Source: a virus | Taxonomy: Duplodnaviria; Heunggongvirae; Uroviricota; Caudoviricetes | IMG/VR virus record: IMGVR_UViG_3300031718_000177 | Direction: 5' to 3' (one strand) | DNA: 64,000 bases | Shown here: piece after piece, positions 18,028 through 27,224 of the stretch | Position numbering within the stretch: the first letter of the stretch is position 1 | Layout of the letters: each line of letters opens with the position of its first letter | Position numbers and translations under genes: made by a program | The notes under the pieces: generated by a model | The model's database searches: none | What the model was told of the DNA's origin: nothing | What the model saw: only the letters and a program-made list of their open reading frames with translations

Positions 18028-18438
18028 TTATCTTATCTTGAAATATAGGTCGAGGGGTATTTTGTCACTGCCTCTCTCTGGGTAGCGAGTGATAGTTAGT
18101 AATACATGGTCAAAAAGTTGGTCAGCTTGTAGCAAATCGAAGTCACCCTCGGTAGCCATGTAGATATTGTGTATATCAATATATGCTCCCCCTTTCCCTG
18201 CTTTACGACAAGTATGATAATCTATCGTGTAAGCACCGGAGAGTTGTAGCTTGAATAGGAACTTTAAGGATTCCCCTTGTTTAACGGGCGGCTCGACTTT
18301 TAAGATGATGGCTTCTTCGCGGAATGTAGGTGACTTATCGCTCTCTGTGATTATCTCTGGGCCTCGGATGCTCTCGATAGTGATCTTATGGGTATCTCCC
18401 ACAAGTAAGCAAGAGCAAAGAGCAATAGTTGGAAGCAT
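18028..18438 (-). CDS. Putative exported protein
   Basis: Hydrophobic N-terminus MLPTIALCSCLLVG. Confidence 0.6.
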   Translation of the reverse strand: MLPTIALCSCLLVGDTHKITIESIRGPEIITESDKSPTFREEAIILKVEPPVKQGESLKFLFKLQLSGAYTIDYHTCRKAGKGGAYIDIHNIYMATEGDFDLLQADQLFDHVLLTITRYPERGSDKIPLDLYFKIR

Positions 18439-18440
18439 TG

Positions 18441-18764
18441 TTATTCCGTTGATGGTGCTTTAACGGCGTTGTAGCCAAATGATTGCATCTTTTGGGCAAC
18501 TCGTTCTGCCCATATATCGCTTTCATTCCCAGCCGGACAAACAAGATCAAAACAGCGAGTTGTGAGTCCGTGCGGATCAACTTGATGGACGCGAACTAAT
18601 CCCGCATAGCGTAGGCATTCAAGGAAACTATCGTCAATAATCCCGCCTTCGTTGATTTCTTGACTAGCTGCTTGGACAACATAGGAATCGTCAGGATTTG
18701 TCGCTGGTGTATGCGTCTGCACTACCCGGACAACATATTGTCTCTTATTAACTCGCTGGTTCAT
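18441..18764 (-). CDS. Hypothetical protein
   Basis: Tiling ORF. Confidence 0.7.
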   Translation of the reverse strand: MNQRVNKRQYVVRVVQTHTPATNPDDSYVVQAASQEINEGGIIDDSFLECLRYAGLVRVHQVDPHGLTTRCFDLVCPAGNESDIWAERVAQKMQSFGYNAVKAPSTE

Positions 18765-18988
18765 TTCTTACCAATCTTAAATGTCCGTTGACGAGGCGTG
18801 TCGGAATGCAAGCAACGCATACCGTCATCGCTAATAAATTCTTCCACTTTCCCATTGCTGTGCGGTTTGTGATGCCGAACGAAGTCCGTAATCACCTGTC
18901 CCTCGCCAGTGACACTTGCACCACAAGGACAGATGTAGGTGACAGAATCCAGATCGACAGTGGCCCGCATAGGCTGTTTCTTAACCAT
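18761..18988 (-). CDS. Hypothetical protein (CPC...HH)
   Basis: Tiling ORF. Confidence 0.6.
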   Translation of the reverse strand: MVKKQPMRATVDLDSVTYICPCGASVTGEGQVITDFVRHHKPHSNGKVEEFISDDGMRCLHSDTPRQRTFKIGKK

Positions 18989-19023
18989 GATTCAGTCTCT
19001 CGCTTCCAATTTGGTAGTACATC

Positions 19024-19326
19024 CTAATAGCCCGGTGTCGGCATCCACCACTGGCGTCTATCGCAGGAACTAGCACTAGCGATTAGTTCCTTGAGTGTTT
19101 CGCTTGGCTTGTAGTCGGGACTATATTCCTGCGTGCAAGAACTACCCGGATTCGCATGGTTATCAAATAAATGCTCTTCGGCTTTTTCCTCAGTAGTGAA
19201 TGGACCGTATGCTCTCGCATACTCCATCCAATCCCAACTATTCTTTGGAGCATTATAATCTTCGAGCACGTAATACCACTTCTTCGGCTCGATTTCAATA
19301 AAGAGACATTCGCAACCAGTGCTCAT
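19024..19326 (-). CDS. Conserved phage hypothetical (MSTGCEC...WYY.LE...GPF...H.NPG)
   Basis: Recognisable family motif. Confidence 0.75.
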   Translation of the reverse strand: MSTGCECLFIEIEPKKWYYVLEDYNAPKNSWDWMEYARAYGPFTTEEKAEEHLFDNHANPGSSCTQEYSPDYKPSETLKELIASASSCDRRQWWMPTPGY

Positions 19327-19327
19327 C

Positions 19328-19561
19328 TCATCTCCTATCTACATAGTCCCAAGAATAAACAGGAGTTGTGTCGCCTTTACCTCGAAATGCACATCTGATT
19401 CCTTTGCCCAACGCCAGATAGACAGCATAAGCAAGTTTCTGGTCTTCATAATGCTCGATTCTACCGTCCACAAAGTAGAGACGGGCTTTAGAGGTATCGG
19501 GTTTGCTCATGGTTTCCCTATATGCTTCAAATACCATTCGTGCCCGGTTGTGCGTGCCCAC
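19328..19561 (-). CDS. Hypothetical protein
   Basis: Tiling ORF. Confidence 0.6.
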   Translation of the reverse strand: MGTHNRARMVFEAYRETMSKPDTSKARLYFVDGRIEHYEDQKLAYAVYLALGKGIRCAFRGKGDTTPVYSWDYVDRR

Positions 19562-19692
19562 TCGTCTAGAAACTCATGCCCGGTTGATACCTGATAAACT
19601 ATCAAGAACAATCCGAACACAACTAAGCCAATGAACAGACTTACGCCCAACACTTCGCCTGTTGCATCAAAGAAGTTTCTAATCGTTCTCAC
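19507..19692 (-). CDS. Single-TM small protein
   Basis: Hydrophobic segment LGVSLFIGLVVFGLFLIVY. Confidence 0.6.
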   Translation of the reverse strand: MRTIRNFFDATGEVLGVSLFIGLVVFGLFLIVYQVSTGHEFLDEWARTTGHEWYLKHIGKP

Positions 19693-19886
19693 GGAACTTT
19701 CTCAATATCAGAAAACAAGCGAAAAATGTAATTACACCCATCCTCTAAGAATACTCCATCTATCTCTTTAAGATAGGGTTGGGAATATCCAAAACTCCAA
19801 ATAGGATGGATTTCATTGATGAGTTTGTCTAGTACAGCTTCGCCGAGTTGATAGCCGTTGATGTTGTTGATTTGGTTATAGAGCAT
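19689..19886 (-). CDS. Hypothetical protein
   Basis: Tiling ORF. Confidence 0.55.
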   Translation of the reverse strand: MLYNQINNINGYQLGEAVLDKLINEIHPIWSFGYSQPYLKEIDGVFLEDGCNYIFRLFSDIEKVP

Positions 19887-19890
19887 GGCG

Positions 19891-20085
19891 TTAAAAAGGC
19901 GGGGAATCGTTCCATTTATCGGGGTTATAATCTATCTCGCTAATCATTTTGTTCACTCGCTTAGAGATGACATCCAGTAGTTCCCATTTCACTATGTTGT
20001 TATCCAGTATTTCCTTTGGTAATTTTATGAGTATGTCGTTCTGTATCCCTTCTCGCAAGTTGATTAGTCGCTGTAGCATTAGCAT
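19891..20085 (-). CDS. Hypothetical protein
   Basis: Tiling ORF. Confidence 0.55.
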   Translation of the reverse strand: MLMLQRLINLREGIQNDILIKLPKEILDNNIVKWELLDVISKRVNKMISEIDYNPDKWNDSPPF

Positions 20086-20088
20086 CGG

Positions 20089-20271
20089 TCATCTCACTTG
20101 AAGATTTTCTGGCTTCACATGAATTCGCTTTTCCTTCCAATCACCCAACTTAGCATCAATCGTTATTCTTTTCTTGCCAATCCTAACCACGGTTGCAGGC
20201 ACCTTGAATTGATAGCCGTAGCCACCTTTTGGTGCATGTAGCCAAGTTACCTCTTGGCCAATTGTAAACAT
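20089..20271 (-). CDS. SH3/KOW-like small protein
   Basis: FTIGQEVTW...VPATVVRIGKKRITI. Confidence 0.65.
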   Translation of the reverse strand: MFTIGQEVTWLHAPKGGYGYQFKVPATVVRIGKKRITIDAKLGDWKEKRIHVKPENLQVR

Positions 20272-20272
20272 T

Positions 20273-20473
20273 TCATACCCCTAGTAATCGCCGAATCTTT
20301 TCATCATCGGCATTACCCACTGCTTGCACTAACTCGCGGTCAATATGGATGCCAAGTTGTTCCATTTTGTTAAGGATAGCCAGCCCTACCCAATGTTTAC
20401 AAACCTTGCTGGCTGGATAAGAAAGAACTTCTCTAAGTATGTCTCTTAGAGCTATCTCGGTATGGTCGCACAT
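20273..20473 (-). CDS. Hypothetical protein
   Basis: ATG 9 nt after CTGTACT. Confidence 0.65.
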   Translation of the reverse strand: MCDHTEIALRDILREVLSYPASKVCKHWVGLAILNKMEQLGIHIDRELVQAVGNADDEKIRRLLGV

Positions 20474-20489
20474 GGCTTCGGTAGTACAG

Positions 20490-20677
20490 AAAAAACGAGC
20501 GTGCCTGATAGTTGCCTATCAGTTTCCCTCTGGCAAGAGCGAACGATTATCTAATTCCCCCACCACTTTCAGGCTCGCCCTCGGCTATACCGCACGATTT
20601 CCCGAAATTGTGGCACAGGAAGTACCTAGCGGTTGCTCAGCCCGCTTGGCCTTATCGTTCCTGAATTAGCACGCTTG
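20490..20677 (-). ncRNA. Candidate multi-stem structured RNA (about 190 nt)
   Basis: Closing helix CAAGCGTGC/GCACGCTCG + U6; GCAA-tetraloop hairpin CTGATAG/CTATCAG; further stems. Confidence 0.55.
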
Positions 20678-20893
20678 ACGTTTTACGGTTGTTTACCCCT
20701 CCCCGCCCAAGTCGAGATACAACTCGTTGATGTTTTCTTCGCGTTCTTTGGCATCAAGAGCATCAAGAGCAGCTTGAACAGCTTCGTAGTGAGGACATGA
20801 TGTTTCCTCCGACTCGATAAATTGCTGCTTCATTGTTTCTTCATCCTTTTCCTCTGGCACAAGTATCAAACTCCACTTGAGAGTAGTACAATA

Positions 20894-20931
20894 GAAAAGG
20901 GAAAGGGGACTTAGTTACTTCGTCCCCTTTC
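20894..20931 (-). terminator. Intrinsic terminator
   Basis: AAAGGGGAC/GTCCCCTTT stem followed by CCCTTTTCT. Confidence 0.7.
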
Positions 20932-20955
20932 GTAACCCCTTTGGACGATGAGAAA

Positions 20956-21351
20956 CTAGGCAGCCTTAGCAACAGGCGTAAACTTCTCGATCTTATCGAG
21001 CAATGCCTGAATTGCCTCATTCTGCAAGGCGTCGGAATTGCTCTTAACAGCGAGAGCATGCACCTTGAGGATGAATGGCCCGGCGAAGTGGAAGACCGCC
21101 ATACGACCAGCCCAATCGCAATAGTGGGTCTGAGACTTGCCTGCGTTGGACCATCCCGACTCATCCCGCAGCAAATCGTTCACGAATGCCCGGATATCCT
21201 CATTCTCGCAGGATTCCAGACAATCGGCAAACTCTTTCGCAAGGTTATGGTCGATATGCAAGACCGACATCTTCAATGACTTGCACCAGTAATACTGGAA
21301 ACTCGGAACCTTACGAACTTCACGAACCTCACGATCATCACGACGAAACAT
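20956..21351 (-). CDS. Hypothetical protein
   Basis: Tiling ORF. Confidence 0.7.
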   Translation of the reverse strand: MFRRDDREVREVRKVPSFQYYWCKSLKMSVLHIDHNLAKEFADCLESCENEDIRAFVNDLLRDESGWSNAGKSQTHYCDWAGRMAVFHFAGPFILKVHALAVKSNSDALQNEAIQALLDKIEKFTPVAKAA

Positions 21352-21447
21352 CGTAGCAACCTTTCAGAAAAGATAGGATAACCAGGGATACCGAACGTCG
21401 GTAACTCTCAGTCATCCCTTGGACGACGCTTTCCCACAGTACAGTTT

Positions 21448-21711
21448 TTACGTCGCTTGGGCTTGCGGGACTACTTTCACCTTAACTTCTACGATAACTT
21501 TCCCATCATCGTCCAAGGATTGAACGATATTCTTTTCAGGGAAATAGCACAAGCAACCTACTTTATCGCCCTCCGAGAACGGACCAAAGGGCTCGGTAAA
21601 CTCGGCGTTATATAACTGAATATCTCCCCAATCACCGCCCACATCCCATCCATCATAAGTGATGGGAAAGATACTATCAGTTTGACGACCTTCTGGTTCC
21701 TCTATGCTCAT
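21448..21711 (-). CDS. Acidic hypothetical protein
   Basis: Tiling ORF. Confidence 0.7.
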   Translation of the reverse strand: MSIEEPEGRQTDSIFPITYDGWDVGGDWGDIQLYNAEFTEPFGPFSEGDKVGCLCYFPEKNIVQSLDDDGKVIVEVKVKVVPQAQAT

Positions 21712-21760
21712 TTTGTTTGACCTTTCGTCGTTTTAGCAACTTTGTAGGTGTCCCGGTCCA

Positions 21761-22042
21761 TTACAAATTCCTACGCAACCAGATATCGAGGCGATCCGCC
21801 AGGGAAATTTTGTCTTTGAGGTTTTCAAGGTTGACCCTGATGGGCGTATGTCCCTCTTTGACAAACAGCCAGTCATTCGACCACCCCACTGAACTTTTGA
21901 TGACTTGTTCAGCAATGCGTTGGGCATGTTCCTGGGGCTTGTATTCAGCTTGGGGGTTCCAGCCAACACTGCCCACAATTCCTTCACTACCGAGTGGGGC
22001 GGTTGGGCTCGCGGGTCGAAAGAAATATACTTGATGATCCAT
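21761..22042 (-). CDS. Hypothetical protein
   Basis: Tiling ORF. Confidence 0.65.
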   Translation of the reverse strand: MDHQVYFFRPASPTAPLGSEGIVGSVGWNPQAEYKPQEHAQRIAEQVIKSSVGWSNDWLFVKEGHTPIRVNLENLKDKISLADRLDIWLRRNL

Positions 22043-22172
22043 TATTCTTGACTTTGGTTTAATTCAATTCTTTGGCGGTTTTACAGGCGGCCATTCAAAC
22101 GGCATTGGACAGTCCCTTTTCGCTTGCGGTTTCCGTGTTCGGTTTAATGGTCCTGGTCCGTGAGTACAGTTT

Positions 22173-22373
22173 TCAAGCCGTAGGGTCGAAGCAACGGATA
22201 TCTACCGCTTGCCCTTGCCCTTTTGAGACTAGGAGAGTTTCACCTGTAAAAAGTAGCTCAAACAACGTGCGATAAGAAGTGGTTGAAACACGGTCTCCAT
22301 CAACTTCAAGATAACAATAGCCCCATGCGCCAGGATAATCGTAGATAGTAGCTTCTACCATCCATTTCAACAA
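22173..22373 (-). CDS. Hypothetical protein
   Basis: Tiling ORF. Confidence 0.6.
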   Translation of the reverse strand: MLKWMVEATIYDYPGAWGYCYLEVDGDRVSTTSYRTLFELLFTGETLLVSKGQGQAVDIRCFDPTA

Positions 22374-22456
22374 CTAACTTGCCGAAACAAACAAACATAC
22401 AACCTAATCCGTCTTGAACAGAGGTAGATTTGCTTCCTGATTCTTCTTCGTCCATG

Positions 22457-22831
22457 TTACACCTTGGTTGTTTCCATAAGAGGTTTGCACGTCCAACCCA
22501 TTGTATCTAACATCTCGACGATGGTTTGTGTCTCAGGAAACTTGGAACATCCATAACTCGGTCCAGCACCCATATAATCACAGAACCTATGATGACACCT
22601 ATTTAAGTCGCCACGACATACAAGATTATTCTTGTCGTCTCGTAAGTCATACTTAGTTGTTGAAACTGGTGTTTCCGCTTCTACTAATCCGCGAACGCTG
22701 TCGATAAACTCGTCAGTAGCGTTCATTCCACGTTCTGCTAAGAGGGTACGCACTTCTTCGTTGTTAAGCCAATCGCCGCCCTCATTGATAAGGATAGCTC
22801 TGACCCATGAAGCGAGCACTAGACCATCCAT
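22457..22831 (-). CDS. Hypothetical protein
   Basis: Tiling ORF. Confidence 0.7.
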   Translation of the reverse strand: MDGLVLASWVRAILINEGGDWLNNEEVRTLLAERGMNATDEFIDSVRGLVEAETPVSTTKYDLRDDKNNLVCRGDLNRCHHRFCDYMGAGPSYGCSKFPETQTIVEMLDTMGWTCKPLMETTKV

Positions 22832-22845
22832 ATCGTTATCCCCTG

Positions 22846-23229
22846 CTACCCCTTAATTACTTCATTACCCGCCAACATCAAAGCTAAGGTCTTCCAACTC
22901 CAATCGCCTAGACACCTATCTCCTACCCACAAAGAGCAGAAGTGATAACGTCGGCCATCCTTGATTTGAGCCGTAACCATCTTGCCATCAACCAACACGC
23001 GGATAGGGGGGTATTGTTCTTGTGGGATTTCACTTGGCATTGTGCGGGGACCGTCTAGAGGTTGTTTGCTTCCAACTAATCCCGGTCCATCGTGTGGACA
23101 TTCCCACGACTGCTTAATATTGTCAAAGAAGTTACCACATTTATTACACGTTGTTATCATTGAGCTTCTCCTGTTTCTTTTTCTTTCATACATTCTTCGC
23201 ACCAACCAAGAGGATCGGCTGAATGCCAT
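22846..23229 (-). CDS. Hypothetical protein with CxxC...CPH (true start probably MITTC)
   Basis: Tiling ORF. Confidence 0.6.
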   Translation of the reverse strand: MAFSRSSWLVRRMYERKRNRRSSMITTCNKCGNFFDNIKQSWECPHDGPGLVGSKQPLDGPRTMPSEIPQEQYPPIRVLVDGKMVTAQIKDGRRYHFCSLWVGDRCLGDWSWKTLALMLAGNEVIKG

Positions 23230-23435
23230 ATTGCGAGTTGTCTAGTGAAGTGCGAAATAATAGTTGCGTGGTCCTCGCACACCGTTTGCCATCGTCCGCC
23301 TTCAATATCATCGCCTGATAACTTACCATCATAAACCGAGACCTGTCTGCCAGTTTGCCGCGACTTATGAGTTGCAACAAGTCCAACGACACCTTCTAGG
23401 TCTCGTGCGGTTATACGCGGGCCATTCGCTTCCAT
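23157..23435 (-). CDS. Hypothetical protein (WQTVCEDH...WCEEC)
   Basis: Metal-binding pattern. Confidence 0.65.
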   Translation of the reverse strand: MEANGPRITARDLEGVVGLVATHKSRQTGRQVSVYDGKLSGDDIEGGRWQTVCEDHATIISHFTRQLAIWHSADPLGWCEECMKEKETGEAQ

Positions 23436-23447
23436 TTTTACTGTCGC

Positions 23448-23666
23448 TTAAAAAGCGGGGTATATTTCGTAATAACAACTAAGCCCAAGATCGGTTTGTT
23501 CTGGCTTTGTTGCCCTTACATCCGTATAACAATGTTGGCAAGGTAGTTTCACTTTTGGTCGCTTGCTGAGATGCTTTACTTCCTCTTTCCCCAGTACAGG
23601 AAGATTGCAGGCCGGGCAGCGAAAGTCAACGAGTATCTTTTCGTAGGAGCGTGTTTTATGAGGCAT
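23448..23666 (-). CDS. Zinc-ribbon protein (start reassigned)
   Basis: CPAC...CQHC. Confidence 0.65.
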   Translation of the reverse strand: MPHKTRSYEKILVDFRCPACNLPVLGKEEVKHLSKRPKVKLPCQHCYTDVRATKPEQTDLGLSCYYEIYPAF

Positions 23667-23817
23667 TGTTAGTCCCACAATTCCCCTAGAAAGCTGGCTA
23701 TCGCAAAGATAAGGAATAGAACACCTGCACTCACCATCCACGGCAGACGATAATCGGTAACTTGCGTAGAAGCAAGAAACCATATACCAGCAATAAGACA
23801 CCATTCTCTAGCGGCTT

Positions 23818-24174
23818 TCATTGATGCATTCCTCTGCAATTCCCACAGCGACATCGACGCCGTTTCCAAACTATACTCCAACCTTCCCTACGGGCTCTCT
23901 TTTCTACCTCATATTCTCTCTTAGCTACAAAAGTTTGACTACGCCCACATATATCGCATTCCAAGGTGTATATCCGCTGGTAGATAACCTTGCCATCTTC
24001 TTTTTCTTTACTAATACAATCGGGACACTTCGCATGTCTCCACCCATATAGACGCCAACCTGCTGCCTTGGCAACTTTCAGAAAATCTTGAGCGTTAGGA
24101 GATTTGTACGAAACAAAAGTATTGTGGCATAATTTACAAGTCGCCTTGTAGATTTTTTCGCAAATAATCGGCAT
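23818..24174 (-). CDS. Tandem duplicated zinc-ribbon protein
   Basis: CxxC...GW...CxxC unit repeated twice. Confidence 0.7.
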   Translation of the reverse strand: MPIICEKIYKATCKLCHNTFVSYKSPNAQDFLKVAKAAGWRLYGWRHAKCPDCISKEKEDGKVIYQRIYTLECDICGRSQTFVAKREYEVEKRARREGWSIVWKRRRCRCGNCRGMHQ

Positions 24175-24185
24175 TATTACGATCC

Positions 24186-24252
24186 AAAAAAGAGGCTAGG
24201 CGCCCTAATCCCTGCCGGGGCCTTTGTTCGGCAGTAAGTAACACCTAGCCTC
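24186..24252 (-). terminator. Terminator-like stem with inserted inner hairpin
   Basis: GAGGCTAGG/CCTAGCCTC + U6; inner CTGCCG/CGGCAG. Confidence 0.7.
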
Positions 24253-24267
24253 CTCGGAAGGACTGCT

Positions 24268-24573
24268 TTAATCTCCGCAATCAAGTTTTACTGTGAATTG
24301 CCATCCCTCTTGCTGCATCGCCAGGATTGATTCTACTAGGCAGAAAGGCATATAGTCAGGGATGATTATTTCTTCAGGGCCGTTGTGCCTAAGCAAGTAC
24401 TCGTTAGGGCTTCCTTGGAATACCAGAGTAACAGGGCCGGGTTTTAGTCCCGCCTTATAGAATAGTCCCTGTAAGCTGTGCGAGCCAATCTTCGGCAATA
24501 ATTCTTTGGTTAAGACAAAGCGTTGCATGATTAGGTTCCAAATCCCATTGAAACTTGATGCTTTAAGTCCCAA
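24268..24573 (-). CDS. Hypothetical protein
   Basis: Tiling ORF. Confidence 0.6.
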   Translation of the reverse strand: MGLKASSFNGIWNLIMQRFVLTKELLPKIGSHSLQGLFYKAGLKPGPVTLVFQGSPNEYLLRHNGPEEIIIPDYMPFCLVESILAMQQEGWQFTVKLDCGD

Positions 24574-24761
24574 ACATCATGGGACGCTCTTAGGGCAAGA
24601 GCAATGGCTTCATCTTTTGTTTTCGCTCCAAGCACACGATATACTTTAATCATATTAGGTGAGAGTAGGTCGCGGTCGAAATTACCTTTACATCTATGAA
24701 CGCGAAACTTGGTCTCGCCAAGGAACGTGAAAACTTCAACATAGTGAGTATAGCGAGACAT
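24531..24761 (-). CDS. Hypothetical protein
   Basis: Tiling ORF. Confidence 0.6.
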   Translation of the reverse strand: MSRYTHYVEVFTFLGETKFRVHRCKGNFDRDLLSPNMIKVYRVLGAKTKDEAIALALRASHDVWDLKHQVSMGFGT

Positions 24762-24988
24762 GATTATCCCAATGAGACAGGGGTATTGGTGTTAAGACAA
24801 TGAACGATGGTACTCCAAGATACTTCGGCAACTTCAAGCATCGCACCATGTAGTTCAGTACTTGTCATGTTCGCGGGCGACTACTGCCTTTCGCAAATGT
24901 GACTACAGATTGTTCCATCTGGGAACTTTGCTTGAATGTCGGGCAGTTCTTCCTTGACTTTTTCAATCGTCCACATTTTGTAATCCCT

Positions 24989-25270
24989 TTATTCGTAAAT
25001 GTCGTTGTCCGAATCTATAAGTACACCATCCTGCTCAGTGATAACATAATCCGTATAGCCATACATTGCGTCAACGCCAATAAGGAAAGCGTTCATTTCC
25101 GCTTCGGTATCAAAAACGAATTCTTCCCCTCTCTCTCCCTTCTTATACGCTTCTCGGCGATAGTTATCACCGCCCCAACGAATAGTCACGCTATACGACT
25201 TCTTCTCACCGGCAATGGGGTTACTCATGTTTTTACCTCTGTATGGTAAAGAGCAAATAGCCGCAGACAA
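24989..25270 (-). CDS. Hypothetical protein (true start probably MSNPIA)
   Basis: AGAGG RBS. Confidence 0.6.
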   Translation of the reverse strand: MSAAICSLPYRGKNMSNPIAGEKKSYSVTIRWGGDNYRREAYKKGERGEEFVFDTEAEMNAFLIGVDAMYGYTDYVITEQDGVLIDSDNDIYE

Positions 25271-25650
25271 GAATCGCTACGGCGTTTCCAGTTGTTATTA
25301 GTTAGGATTTGGCGACGAGCTTCCCGCATAACTGCTTCACCAAGTTTCTTGACGAATTGGTTATATGTCAATTTAGCAGCATTAGTAGAGAGCCCAATAC
25401 GTCGGCGGATATCTTCCCACGTAAGGGAAACACCTTCGCCAGTGGTGCCATTTGTTAGAGTATGCCCATATACCTTATCTGCTGCCCTACACCGCTCTAA
25501 AAAATCTTCGGCGTTTGTTTCGGTAATTTTGTTGATACCTACTGTCAGCGTGCGGAAAACGATAGCATCGGTGGTAGCAGCTTCGCTGGGATTCTCAGCA
25601 TGAAGTTCTTTAAGCTCTTTACACTTAGACCAATCGTAGTTTAATGACAT
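25225..25650 (-). CDS. Conserved phage hypothetical (MSLNY.W...IGLSTNA)
   Basis: Recognisable family motif. Confidence 0.7.
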   Translation of the reverse strand: MSLNYDWSKCKELKELHAENPSEAATTDAIVFRTLTVGINKITETNAEDFLERCRAADKVYGHTLTNGTTGEGVSLTWEDIRRRIGLSTNAAKLTYNQFVKKLGEAVMREARRQILTNNNWKRRSDSCLRLFALYHTEVKT

Positions 25651-25689
25651 TATCTACTCACCTTTAAGAAGCAGTCGTTGCCGTCTTCT

Positions 25690-25932
25690 TTACTCTTCAA
25701 TCGGAATAAGGAGTTGTTTAGCAAGGCGAATATGTTCGGTATCCCCATTTGCTTTAGCTGGGTTAAGAGCATGACCAAAACAGTTGACCGAAACAATATC
25801 GGGAAACATAATGTCTAGTTCAGGCTGCTGGTCATTGTCGAGTTTGTGAAGCCAGATACTTATTTGCGTCTTCCCGTTGACAATGAGCGTTACCTCATCG
25901 CCGATATTGATACTGGTTCGTTTCTGGGTCAT
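25690..25932 (-). CDS. Hypothetical protein (start reassigned)
   Basis: ATG 10 nt after CTGTACT. Confidence 0.65.
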   Translation of the reverse strand: MTQKRTSINIGDEVTLIVNGKTQISIWLHKLDNDQQPELDIMFPDIVSVNCFGHALNPAKANGDTEHIRLAKQLLIPIEE

Positions 25933-25951
25933 GTTTAACCTAAGTACAGTT

Positions 25952-26416
25952 TTAGTGATGCGATTTGAGAACAATCAGATAAGGGGCTTCACAGCATACG
26001 TCCTTATCGGTCTTCTCGCGTGCTTCCACTACGTCTGTATTTCGGAACATTACAAGGGAATCTCGGACATGAATATAAAAAGTTCGCTCCGTATGTAATC
26101 CCTTTTCGTGCTCACATAGCGGCCCGCACCAATGAGCAGCGAGTCCTTTCATTTCAACTTGAACTTGCTTGCCGCATAGTTCAACAAGTTGGTCTACGCT
26201 AACTGATGGCACATCAAGTTCATTCGCATAGTCACGAAGTCGTTTAATTAGCACGTCCCGATATGGCTCATCGTGGCGACGGTAGCTACTTAGTGTCGCC
26301 ACTAGGGCGGATACTTCCGGGTCTGAGATATTCATGGACGCATGAGCTAGTTGCGTATTCGCAACATCATCACGTCGGTCCATTTCAGCTACGCTATCGT
26401 AGATGCGTTTGGTCAA
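25952..26416 (-). CDS. Hypothetical protein
   Basis: Tiling ORF. Confidence 0.7.
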   Translation of the reverse strand: MTKRIYDSVAEMDRRDDVANTQLAHASMNISDPEVSALVATLSSYRRHDEPYRDVLIKRLRDYANELDVPSVSVDQLVELCGKQVQVEMKGLAAHWCGPLCEHEKGLHTERTFYIHVRDSLVMFRNTDVVEAREKTDKDVCCEAPYLIVLKSHH

Positions 26417-26576
26417 GAGAAGTTCCTTTCAAGAGTTGTTTTAGCTTACGAGCGTCTTCACGTCCTTTAATGTGCTTTCGGAACAGACACATAGCTTCGG
26501 ACATTAGTACAGGATCGCCCGAACGACGAAGTTTAAGTATTTGTCTCCATTGGGCGTGACGAATTAGGTTCCGCAT
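26394..26576 (-). CDS. Hypothetical protein
   Basis: Tiling ORF. Confidence 0.55.
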   Translation of the reverse strand: MRNLIRHAQWRQILKLRRSGDPVLMSEAMCLFRKHIKGREDARKLKQLLKGTSLDQTHLR

Positions 26577-26874
26577 TACTAGTACCTTCGCTACGGCGTT
26601 TCCAATCGTTATCGTAGGGTGTTTCGACTCGATCCATTTCTTTTAACACAGCTCCCCGCAGATAAGCCGGAACGCGGGCAGGAGCATCCCAGCCAAGATT
26701 ACCACTAAGATATCGAACTGGGGTTTCAACCCATCCTTGGGAGGTATTTACCTGTAGAAAACGCTTTTCAAGGATGCGATAATTGCTTTCCACAATCAAT
26801 ACTTGTAAATGTGCTGATTTGGATTCACGAAAGACATTTGGCAATCGTTCAAAGCGACTACGATTGTGGCTCAT
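26533..26874 (-). CDS. Hypothetical protein
   Basis: Tiling ORF. Confidence 0.6.
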   Translation of the reverse strand: MSHNRSRFERLPNVFRESKSAHLQVLIVESNYRILEKRFLQVNTSQGWVETPVRYLSGNLGWDAPARVPAYLRGAVLKEMDRVETPYDNDWKRRSEGTSNAEPNSSRPMETNT

Positions 26875-27221
26875 AACTTCTCCATTGCTTTGTCGATATC
26901 GCGGGCTAGTGCAGCGTCCAGTACAGTTTCATTCAACGCTTCTGCGTTTCGAGCGGCTTCAACTAGGGCTGCGTTGGGACATGCTTTATTATCATTGGTT
27001 AGTTCCCTAAATAATTCTGCACACTTTGGAGAGAGATTAGTCGTATTAGTCATTCTCGCCATTGTGCTAACAATCTCAAGCATATCGGCGAAAGTAAGAG
27101 AATAGGATTGTTGGGGATACCACTCAGTTTGAGTATCCCATGCTCGAATACTCCCTAGATAGATACTCTCTCGGTAAACCCACACACAACTCGGCATGGA
27201 GCCTGGAACGAACTTGAGCAT
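26871..27221 (-). CDS. Hypothetical protein
   Basis: Tiling ORF. Confidence 0.65.
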   Translation of the reverse strand: MLKFVPGSMPSCVWVYRESIYLGSIRAWDTQTEWYPQQSYSLTFADMLEIVSTMARMTNTTNLSPKCAELFRELTNDNKACPNAALVEAARNAEALNETVLDAALARDIDKAMEKL

Positions 27222-27224
27222 TGT

